Assembly (NCBI GenBank): GCA_002898355.1
Contig: BEHD01000010.1
Span: 2,637-66,636, forward strand
Length of the DNA: 64,000 nt
From: an archaeon HR01
Lineage (GTDB): Archaea > Thermoproteota > Nitrososphaeria_A > Caldarchaeales > Caldarchaeaceae
Reading direction: 5' to 3'
Below, piece after piece: positions 10,512 to 18,184 of the stretch. Position numbers and translations under genes: made by a program. The notes below the pieces were generated by a model. It was not told the DNA's origin, made no database searches, and saw only the letters and a program-made list of their open reading frames with translations. Position 1 is the stretch's first letter. Each line of letters begins with the position of its first letter.

Positions 10512-11045
10512 ATGGAGTCAAAAGAAAAGATAGAGAAGATGGTGGCTGACTGGCTTAAGATGGTTGAGGAGCTTATGAAAGAGTCTGGGCTTCCTATAGT
10601 TCCGGACCCGAAAACCTCCGACCCAGTCTGGGTTGATGTGCGGGAGCTGAGACTACGATACTTAATCCCTGTTAAAAGGATAAGAAAATTCTTTGAAGGG
10701 CTGGCTGAAGGGAAACTCTACGTCACAAAATGCCCTGCTAAGAATATCTACTATTTCCCACCCCAGGCCGACTGTCCCGCATGTATGGATGAAAACATCG
10801 TCTGGGATGAGATAAGCGGTAATGGAAAGCTTCTAACATACACGGTGGTGAATGTCAAACCCTACAGCTTCGCCCACCACTCAAACTATGTCATCGCCAT
10901 TGCAAGGATGAGTGAAGGCTTCAACATCCTATCATGGATGTCTGTGGATGACCTCTCTAAGATACACGTTGGAATGGATGTGAAGCTGGTGGTAAAAAGA
11001 AGAGAGCCTGAGGGCTTCTTCACATATTATCTGGAGCCCGCCTAG
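10512..11045 (+). CDS. DUF35 zinc-ribbon/OB-fold protein, thiolase partner
   Basis: FFEGLAEGKL...FPPQADCPAC...GKLLTYT, directly downstream of thiolase. Confidence 0.88.
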   Translation: MESKEKIEKMVADWLKMVEELMKESGLPIVPDPKTSDPVWVDVRELRLRYLIPVKRIRKFFEGLAEGKLYVTKCPAKNIYYFPPQADCPACMDENIVWDEISGNGKLLTYTVVNVKPYSFAHHSNYVIAIARMSEGFNILSWMSVDDLSKIHVGMDVKLVVKRREPEGFFTYYLEPA

Positions 11046-12256
11046 CCCCTCCTAGTGGCCGAAACTATCGAGAGGACATCCCTATCTTTAAGCTTGTAGT
11101 CGCCGGGGAGCCGTAGCCCAGTCCTTACATCCACAGCGTATAGAAGGCCCTTCTCTAGCTCTGTATGAACAGTCCTGGCCAGATCCCTGACCGTGGAGCC
11201 AGGAGGCATGAGAAAGACATCCGGAAGAACGTTGCCCGACTTGTCAGATAGCTTAACCGTGTCGGATATGGGATATACAGCGCTCATCCCCAGAAGCTTG
11301 AAAACCGAGACGTTGATGGCGAACTGAACACCTGTACGCATGTATTCCCCAAGTATCCTAGACTGGATGAAATCTAACGCCTTCCTCTGCTGGGACGTCA
11401 ACTCCGACTCCTTCAAGATCTTGAAATCCTCTTCCCCGGGAACATATTTGATCAGTCCTTTATGTACAGCCCTCCTCAAGGTTAGCTCTGCCTCGGCGCT
11501 GGCGGGAACAACGATATAGTTGGGAAGCCTCTCCCTCAAAATCTCAAAGTTGGCCTCTGCGGTCTCGATGTCCATCTTGTTTGCCAGGATTATCATGGGC
11601 TTCGAGACATTCAGTAGATTCTCGGCGAATCTTTTCTCATCCGTTATTTTCCAGTTTCCGAATTCTTTACCATCGAGCCCTGAAAGTTTCAAGGCGGCCT
11701 CCACATGCTTCTCAGTTATTTTGGCTCCTCGGAGTATGCTGGACAGTGTCTCGGGTAGGTCTCGGCCTGCCTTCAAGTTGCGGTCTATCTTATCATCCTG
11801 CCTGTCTATCAGCTTCAAGAGCCACATCACCAGCTCCTCATGGATATCGAAGACATCGGCCAGTGGGTTTCCCTTACCCGGCTCCGTTAGCCTACCCTCC
11901 TCATCCACGCTTCCCGAGGCATCAACGATGTGAATAAGAGCGTCTGCTTGTGATGCTACAGAGAGGAACTGGTTTCCGAGACCCTTCCCAGCCCAAGCCC
12001 CCTTTATTAATCCTGGAAGATCTATAAGCTCTATCGGTATATGTCTAAAACCTTCTACACATAGGGAGTTTCTGGGGTTATCGGTCACCTTTAACTCTCT
12101 GCAGACGCACGGGGTAACTGCGTATCCGGTGCCGTAGTTTGGCTGCTTTGTGGTGAACGGATATGTGGAGACCTCCGCCTGAAGAAGAGTGGCCGCATTA
12201 AAGAAGGTGGTCTTCCCTGCGTTGGTCTTCCCTATAAGTCCGATTTTAACGTGCAA
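11042..12256 (-). CDS. ychF: OBG-family YchF-like translation-associated GTPase with TGS domain
   Basis: G1 GKTNAGKTT, YPFTT, DLPGLIKGA, NKMD, C-terminal TGS (LPDVFLMP...DVLSI). Confidence 0.9.
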   Translation of the reverse strand: MHVKIGLIGKTNAGKTTFFNAATLLQAEVSTYPFTTKQPNYGTGYAVTPCVCRELKVTDNPRNSLCVEGFRHIPIELIDLPGLIKGAWAGKGLGNQFLSVASQADALIHIVDASGSVDEEGRLTEPGKGNPLADVFDIHEELVMWLLKLIDRQDDKIDRNLKAGRDLPETLSSILRGAKITEKHVEAALKLSGLDGKEFGNWKITDEKRFAENLLNVSKPMIILANKMDIETAEANFEILRERLPNYIVVPASAEAELTLRRAVHKGLIKYVPGEEDFKILKESELTSQQRKALDFIQSRILGEYMRTGVQFAINVSVFKLLGMSAVYPISDTVKLSDKSGNVLPDVFLMPPGSTVRDLARTVHTELEKGLLYAVDVRTGLRLPGDYKLKDRDVLSIVSATRRG

Positions 12257-12303
12257 CTTCTACAGACCCATCATATTTTCCCTCAACCTAAAGAAAAACT
12301 TTA

Positions 12304-13170
12304 TCATAAAACCCGGTCGTAGTCCTTCAGGATATCGGGGAATTGCTCGATTACATCCTCGGGTGTTATATGGAAGCCCTTTTTCTTCACTGCCATAACA
12401 CCGGCCAACCCGTTAACACGGGCCGCTGCTACTGCGGCTTCGAAGGCTGTGGCGCCCCGAGCCATCAATCCCGCGGCCAGACCTGCCAGGGCGTCGCCCG
12501 TGCCTCCGACAGTCATGCCCGCCGCTTCCCAACTCTTTCTGTTTAAGACTACTGTGGAGCCGTCCGATATGACATCGACCATGCCTTTAAGTAGTATCGT
12601 TATACGGTGCTCTGACGCTTCCACCCTAACTTTTTCGGCCCTCTCCTCTAAGGTTGTGGGTAGCTCATACTTGAAGACTCTCCTATATTCACCTGCATGG
12701 GGTGTGAGGATAAACCCAGAGCCTTTAATAGTCTGGAGAACCTCGGGGAAAAGAGCTGTAGCATCCAAAACCGCTTTGATCTTGGAGTTCATCGCATAAT
12801 CCAGTAGACGTATTATGCCTTTTTCTGAACCCCTCGCCAGTCCAGGCCCAACCACTATGGAGTTTACACCGGTTATAGTGTCCACAACTCTCTGGACCAT
12901 CCTCGGTGTCAGCTTGTAGTCGGTTAGTGGCATGACGATTATGGATGGTGTATAAGCCCTGAGAGCGGTTGATATCCGCTCGGGGACAACGAGATACGCT
13001 AGGTCAACCCCTGCTCTAAGAGCGGCCAAAGCGGAGAGGAGAGGAGCTCCGTGATATAGCCAGCTGCCACCGACAACCATGACGACGCCGTTCTCTCCCT
13101 TCCTAGAATCCAAGCGTCTGGGCTTGCAGGCTGCAGCAATATCCTCATCTGAAGATTCCCTCACAATCAT
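12304..13170 (-). CDS. nnrD: ADP-dependent NAD(P)H-hydrate dehydratase (stand-alone)
   Basis: KGENGVVMVVGGS, GPGL, VLDA, LTPHAGE, GGTGDALAG. Confidence 0.9.
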   Translation of the reverse strand: MIVRESSDEDIAAACKPRRLDSRKGENGVVMVVGGSWLYHGAPLLSALAALRAGVDLAYLVVPERISTALRAYTPSIIVMPLTDYKLTPRMVQRVVDTITGVNSIVVGPGLARGSEKGIIRLLDYAMNSKIKAVLDATALFPEVLQTIKGSGFILTPHAGEYRRVFKYELPTTLEERAEKVRVEASEHRITILLKGMVDVISDGSTVVLNRKSWEAAGMTVGGTGDALAGLAAGLMARGATAFEAAVAAARVNGLAGVMAVKKKGFHITPEDVIEQFPDILKDYDRVL

Positions 13171-13240
13171 AGATTATCCACTGACGGCCGTTGCTAAAAA
13201 GATGCGGCTATATATTGGCCCCCACAAGATGGGGGTCGGG

Positions 13241-14056
13241 ATGGATGCTGATTTCACGGTGCTGGGAAGCTCAGCCCTCGCCGTCTATCTCACAATATTT
13301 CTTAAGAACATGGGTTTTGATGTATGTCTAGTCCTGAACGGTAGGAGACTGGGTGATATACCTCTACAGCCTATGAGGGAAGACCATTTGGAGCTTGCCG
13401 GGGTAGAGCCTGGTAAATATTCAGAAGCCATCCATACAGAGTGTCTTTTAGGCCGGTCTGAAGAGGTTGTCAGACTCGAAAACCCCATCCATATCTGCCG
13501 CATGACGGAGGTCCTTGAACAGGCTGCAGCCCACCACCTCCTAAAGCTATCTATCAACGTAAACACAGATGGAACAGCCAAAATAATTGACTGTAGAAGA
13601 CCCATTGGCAGACCCCACAACGTCTTCATATCTGCGGGGATAGCGGATAACAGGAAAGGGTTCACCATAGAGACTCACACCCAGTCTCTAAAAATATACT
13701 TCGATTTCGGCCCCAGTTCAGAACTCCTCTTCACATACGGAAGGCCGCCCGCCAACGCTTCCAAAATTCTCATGACCTACAGCTACAGCCTCACTCCACC
13801 ATCGCAGCTGAGTTCAGCCTCTCTCTCCAACCCTTGGAAGGCTAAAGGGCTTGCACCCGCCTCACCCCTAGGCGATGCAGTCGCTGAGATACTTCTGGCC
13901 CAACATCTAGCAGCCACAGCGGACAGGGATGAGGGACTGCCAGAATATATAAAGCTGATCACGGAGAGTCAAAGAACAGTGGCCAGTATCATCGCTGGTG
14001 AGCATCCTGAGCCTAAATGTTTTCGAAGCCTTATATACTCTATAGACAAATACTGA
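13241..14056 (+). CDS. Hypothetical protein, possibly a degenerate FAD-dependent (geranylgeranyl reductase-like) oxidoreductase
   Basis: ATG 13241 about 25 nt after TATATATT; N-terminus DFTVLGSSALAVYLTIFLKNMGFDVCLV resembles a decayed Rossmann beta-alpha-beta unit. Confidence 0.5.
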   Translation: MDADFTVLGSSALAVYLTIFLKNMGFDVCLVLNGRRLGDIPLQPMREDHLELAGVEPGKYSEAIHTECLLGRSEEVVRLENPIHICRMTEVLEQAAAHHLLKLSINVNTDGTAKIIDCRRPIGRPHNVFISAGIADNRKGFTIETHTQSLKIYFDFGPSSELLFTYGRPPANASKILMTYSYSLTPPSQLSSASLSNPWKAKGLAPASPLGDAVAEILLAQHLAATADRDEGLPEYIKLITESQRTVASIIAGEHPEPKCFRSLIYSIDKY

Positions 14057-14123
14057 AGAAAATCACGTTAAACTTAATTACCGATAAGGAGTATAAAAAA
14101 CAACCCGAAAAGAGGTGAAGAAG

Positions 14124-14414
14124 ATGTCAGAAGATTCCGTGGTCTTGATCGGGCGAAAACCAACGATGAACTATGTCTTGGCAACGACACTCCCACTGGC
14201 TGAGGGGAAGAAGGTCGTCCTCAAGGCGCGTGGGAGGGCGATAACGAAGGCCGTCGACGTCGTCGAAGTTGTTAGGAGGAGGTTCGTACAGAACCTGCAG
14301 GTGGAGAAGATAAGCATAGGCACCGAGGAAGGCAGAACGGGGAACGACGGCCGAACCCGCAACGTCAGCACTATCGAGATAGTCGTCTCGCAGCCGAAGA
14401 CCTCTAAAAAGTAA
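14124..14414 (+). CDS. albA: Chromatin/RNA-binding protein Alba
   Basis: IGRKPTMNYVLA, KARGRAITKAVDV, VSTIEIV; GAGGTGA RBS before ATG 14124. Confidence 0.96.
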   Translation: MSEDSVVLIGRKPTMNYVLATTLPLAEGKKVVLKARGRAITKAVDVVEVVRRRFVQNLQVEKISIGTEEGRTGNDGRTRNVSTIEIVVSQPKTSKK

Positions 14415-14424
14415 ACCCGTGCAG

Positions 14425-14458
14425 GCGTCCGGAGTATCCGGCGCTCATATTTTTGTTT
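14425..14458 (+). terminator. Hairpin plus T-tract after alba
   Basis: GCG-T-CCGGA-GTA-TCCGG-CGC stem-loop followed by TATTTTTGTTT. Confidence 0.5.
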
Positions 14459-14557
14459 ATTAAAAACAGGGTTTTAAGAGTTAAATATCATCTACTAATT
14501 ATAACTTCGTTAAGGCAGTCTTTATTATCTGGTCCCACATGTGTAGGTGGTTGGGTT

Positions 14558-15253
14558 TTGAGTCTTATATCCCGTGAGTGGGTTACTTGTTCAAGTTGCG
14601 GTAGGAGGACCCTCAAGAGCGGCTATTGTATGTGGTGTGGTAACAAGCTAGTTGAGCGGGAATTTACCAGTGTGGCCCCTGCGGGAGACCAGCAAGCACA
14701 GCCTCCCAAAACAATAGCCTTCAACTATGTTTTCAAGGTTGTCTTCTTGGGGGATATAGCGGTCGGGAAGACATCAATTATAAAAAGATATGCCCTTGGA
14801 CAGTTCTCACCTGAATATTTCCCCACCTTCGACCTCACAACCTACTCAAAGACGCTAGAATATCCCCCAATCAAGATAGATTTAACAATCTGGGATACAG
14901 CCGGCGGACTGCCGGAGGAGGATAAGGTTGGCCCTGTAGTTACAGGGGTGGATGTGGGGGTGTTGGTCTTTGAGGTGTCTAGGAGGAGTAGCTTCAACAA
15001 TATTCCAATCTACCATCAGATTGTGGAGAAGTTCAATCCTAAAGCCCATATACAGGTAGTGGGAAATAAGTTGGACCTGGGTTTTAGGCAGGTTGAGAGA
15101 TCGGAGGGTGAGGCTTTGGCAGCCAAGCTTGGAGGCTCATATATAGAGACCTCAGCCACCCTTGGCACCAATATAGATAAGCTGTTTAACAGGAATATTA
15201 TGGAATGCCTTAAAAACAGGCTTGACGCCTTAAAAAAGGAGTTAGAGGGGTAA
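14558..15253 (+). CDS. Rab/Ras-like small GTPase with N-terminal zinc ribbon
   Basis: TTG 14558 with AGGTGG RBS; CSSC...CMWC; G1 GDIAVGKT, G2 YFPT, G3 WDTAGG, G4 NKLD, G5 ETSAT. Confidence 0.9.
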   Translation: MSLISREWVTCSSCGRRTLKSGYCMWCGNKLVEREFTSVAPAGDQQAQPPKTIAFNYVFKVVFLGDIAVGKTSIIKRYALGQFSPEYFPTFDLTTYSKTLEYPPIKIDLTIWDTAGGLPEEDKVGPVVTGVDVGVLVFEVSRRSSFNNIPIYHQIVEKFNPKAHIQVVGNKLDLGFRQVERSEGEALAAKLGGSYIETSATLGTNIDKLFNRNIMECLKNRLDALKKELEG

Positions 15254-16305
15254 TGGTGTTAGAGGATTCGATACTCCGCAGGAGTGATGTTCTACAATTA
15301 CTGAGTCAGCTGAGGTCGGGGAAGGTTAAGGAGTTAAGGCCGGTTTTAGACCCTTTGAAGGGATTCCGGTATCCAACCGCTGAGGAAGTCATAAAAACAG
15401 GCACGGATGACGTGAACTATATTCTAAACACGTTGGCCAGATTAGACGTTCTCAGAGGAGAAATCCAAGAATCTCTAAATGCTTGCAGCAAGTGTGGAGG
15501 TGCTTCACACTTCTTCACTTATAGATGTCCTTCATGTAGCTCATCCAAACTTGAGAAGGGGCCCGTGCTGGAGCATCTTGTATGCGGCCATGTGGATTTC
15601 GAACAGGCATTCGTCAAAGGCGGGGTCTACCAGTGTCCCAAGTGTAAGAAAACCATGACCACTCTGGGAGTAGATTATAGGCGGCCGGGGACATATTACA
15701 AGTGTCTCAACTGTGGCCGGATAAGCGCCATACCAGCCAGACACTACATCTGTGTTAGCTGTAAAACAGATTCTGAGGAGGAGGGTCTCATACTTTTCTC
15801 AGGCTTTACATACACATTAAACCCAGAAAAGATAGATGTCATATCCAACTACACGTTAGATCTCAATCCACTTATCAATTTTGTTCAATCCAAAAACTGG
15901 CTGCCTATCACCCCGGCAACACTGAAAGGTAACTCGGGCGTCAGCCACACCTTCACATTCCTCGCTCATCCTTCATATGCGCCGCCAAGGGAAGGGGTAG
16001 CTATCGATGTTGATATCTCTGACGAGCCTGTGGACCAGCAGCGTGTGTTAACCCTTTTCTCAAAAGCCCTCGATGTGGGTGTGAAAAATACTGCCCTAGC
16101 AGTTGTCGGAGATGTCAACGAGTCGGCCAGATCCCTCGCAAAGGCTTTCGGGATAATGTTGTTCATCGGAAAAACTGTTGAAGAAGTCTACAATAGCCTG
16201 TTTTCGTATTTGGGAGACTTGATAGCTAGAAAAAGTAAGGAGAGCTTGCGTGTTGAGGCGGAGTATCTGGAATCCCTTATCAGATCGCTGGAGAGAATAA
16301 GCTAG
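15253..16305 (+). CDS. TackOD1-type multi-zinc-finger protein with C-terminal restriction-endonuclease-like domain
   Basis: GFRYP...CSKC, CPSC, HLVCGH, CPKC...LGVDYRRPG, CLNC, CVSC; then LKGNSGVSHTF (Mrr-like); TAATG stop/start overlap with the GTPase. Confidence 0.8.
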   Translation: MVLEDSILRRSDVLQLLSQLRSGKVKELRPVLDPLKGFRYPTAEEVIKTGTDDVNYILNTLARLDVLRGEIQESLNACSKCGGASHFFTYRCPSCSSSKLEKGPVLEHLVCGHVDFEQAFVKGGVYQCPKCKKTMTTLGVDYRRPGTYYKCLNCGRISAIPARHYICVSCKTDSEEEGLILFSGFTYTLNPEKIDVISNYTLDLNPLINFVQSKNWLPITPATLKGNSGVSHTFTFLAHPSYAPPREGVAIDVDISDEPVDQQRVLTLFSKALDVGVKNTALAVVGDVNESARSLAKAFGIMLFIGKTVEEVYNSLFSYLGDLIARKSKESLRVEAEYLESLIRSLERIS

Positions 16306-16322
16306 GAGATAGCTCATCAACC

Positions 16323-17786
16323 ATGAAGAAATATATCATACTGCTAGCAGTACTTTCCTTCATTACGTTAATCATTATACCTTTCATAGTTAGCAGGCTG
16401 ACTGTATGGTTCAGCTTTGTTGCTGGCGTGGCAATGGCGTTTGTGTTGACTTTTGTCTATCTGAGGAAGAAATCGTTCTATAGGGAGGATATTAGGAGAG
16501 AGAGGGCCCCCCTACTATCCCTATCTCTGGTTGTAGTTCCCGCTGCCACTGGTGTTGTATCACTTATCGAGGGCTACAACATCTTCCAAGAATGGTTTAA
16601 GCCCCTTCTCATCTCAAGCTTCACCATCACGTTCTTCGTCAATCTATTCTCGATTCCGATGGCCTTGAGAACAAGTTTCTTGGAGGAGCAGCTTGAGAAG
16701 GAACCTGTCTACATCACCAGTGTTAGTGTTATAATACCTGCATACAACGAGGAGAAATGGATTGGAAAGACCATCGAGGCTCTTCTGGAATCTGACTACC
16801 CAAACCTCGAGATAATAGTGGTTGATGACGGGAGCACTGATAGAACCTACGAGATTGCCTCCCAGTACAGAAAACGTGGGGTGATAGTTCTACGTAAGGA
16901 AAATGGGGGTAAAGCCTCCGCCATAAACTACGGCCTTCTCTATGCAAGGGGTGAGATAATCTTCACTGTGGATGCTGACAGTCTTGTATCAAAAAACGCC
17001 ATCAGCCTCATGACATCCTATTTCAGGGATAGGAGGGTGGTGGGCGTTGCCGGGAATGTCAGGGTTTTCAATAGGGTTAACTGGCTAACAGGTAATCAAG
17101 CCCTTGAATATGTTACGCAGATTAATTTACTGAGAAGGGCCACATCAACCTTCGGAGTTGTTCAGGTTATGCCGGGTCCTCTTAGTGCCTTCAGAAAGGA
17201 GGTTTTGACGGGTCTCGGAAGATACGACAAGGATACCGTAACAGAAGATTTCGATATAACTGTGAAGCTCCTCAAGTCTGGAGGTATAGTCCAGGCTCCT
17301 ACCAAAGCTTTAGCATACACGGAAGCCCCTACCAGTCTTAGGGATTTCTACCGGCAGAGGATAAGATGGTATAGGGGCAATGTGCAGGTATTTCTCAAGC
17401 ACAGAGACGCCTTCACGAACCCCCGCTTCGGCTTCCTGAACTATGTTATCTACCCGCTTCTCTTCATACAGGAATTTGTCATACCGACACTCGGAATCCT
17501 CACCATACCGGCAGCCATATTCGTCATAGCCTCAGGAGGCCTATACTGGATTATCAGCCTGATACTAGCATTAATTCTCCTCCAGTCCTTTCTGAGTCTG
17601 ATAGCCTTGGAGCTGGAGGATGAAGATGTTAGGCTTGTTCAGTACGCCCCCTTCGCAGTATACGGATATAAACATCTCTTGGATGCATTCATGTTAAAGG
17701 CCATCATCGATATTGTCTTTCTTAGACGGCGTGTGGGCTGGACTAGGGCAAGGAAGATGGGTTACGAAGTCTTGGCTCAGCACTAG
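16323..17786 (+). CDS. Processive family-2 glycosyltransferase (PgaC/IcaA/cellulose-synthase-like)
   Basis: N- and C-terminal TM helices; IPAYNE, DDGSTD, GKASA, VDAD, TED, QRIRW (D,D,D,QxxRW). Confidence 0.92.
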   Translation: MKKYIILLAVLSFITLIIIPFIVSRLTVWFSFVAGVAMAFVLTFVYLRKKSFYREDIRRERAPLLSLSLVVVPAATGVVSLIEGYNIFQEWFKPLLISSFTITFFVNLFSIPMALRTSFLEEQLEKEPVYITSVSVIIPAYNEEKWIGKTIEALLESDYPNLEIIVVDDGSTDRTYEIASQYRKRGVIVLRKENGGKASAINYGLLYARGEIIFTVDADSLVSKNAISLMTSYFRDRRVVGVAGNVRVFNRVNWLTGNQALEYVTQINLLRRATSTFGVVQVMPGPLSAFRKEVLTGLGRYDKDTVTEDFDITVKLLKSGGIVQAPTKALAYTEAPTSLRDFYRQRIRWYRGNVQVFLKHRDAFTNPRFGFLNYVIYPLLFIQEFVIPTLGILTIPAAIFVIASGGLYWIISLILALILLQSFLSLIALELEDEDVRLVQYAPFAVYGYKHLLDAFMLKAIIDIVFLRRRVGWTRARKMGYEVLAQH

Positions 17787-17788
17787 TG

Positions 17789-18127
17789 TTATGGCTTAAC
17801 ATGGCTACCCCATCGGCTGAGGAACATATTATCCAGCTTCTTATCCCTCATATCGTCTGGCAGCATTCTAGGTATGTCTCCTGTGATAGGATACCACCTC
17901 CCACAGCTACCGCATCTCAATATACCCTCAGAGATCTCGTAGCTGTAGCAGGTATGGCAGTCAGTCTCCCGGAGTTGGGAGATGTATCCTCCATGGTAGG
18001 AGCAGTATAGCTCGCATTTCCTTATTTTCTGAGGCGGCTGTATCGTTCTTCTCTCGAAAACTTCCAGAGTTAGGGGGAAGGCTCTACACATGGGGCATGC
18101 GAGTATGTCTGATAGGCGGTATTTCAT
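17789..18127 (-). CDS. trm112: Trm112 family methyltransferase activator (with Cys-rich insertion)
   Basis: DILACPMC...EGILRCGSCGRWYPITGDIPRML. Confidence 0.85.
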   Translation of the reverse strand: MKYRLSDILACPMCRAFPLTLEVFERRTIQPPQKIRKCELYCSYHGGYISQLRETDCHTCYSYEISEGILRCGSCGRWYPITGDIPRMLPDDMRDKKLDNMFLSRWGSHVKP

Positions 18128-18184
18128 CCGATAGTGCGGTATTTACGAGATTTAAATAGTTACCGTGACATGCCAGATAATAGA

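Noticed and set aside
14501-14510. ATAACTTCGT matches the first 10 nt of a loxP arm upstream of the GTPase operon
   Set aside because: The arm is incomplete, there is no inverted second arm and no recombinase nearby; expected by chance in AT-rich promoter DNA
14453-14557. Extra 35 N-terminal codons of the GTPase ORF
   Set aside because: AT-rich promoter-like DNA; an RBS supports TTG 14558
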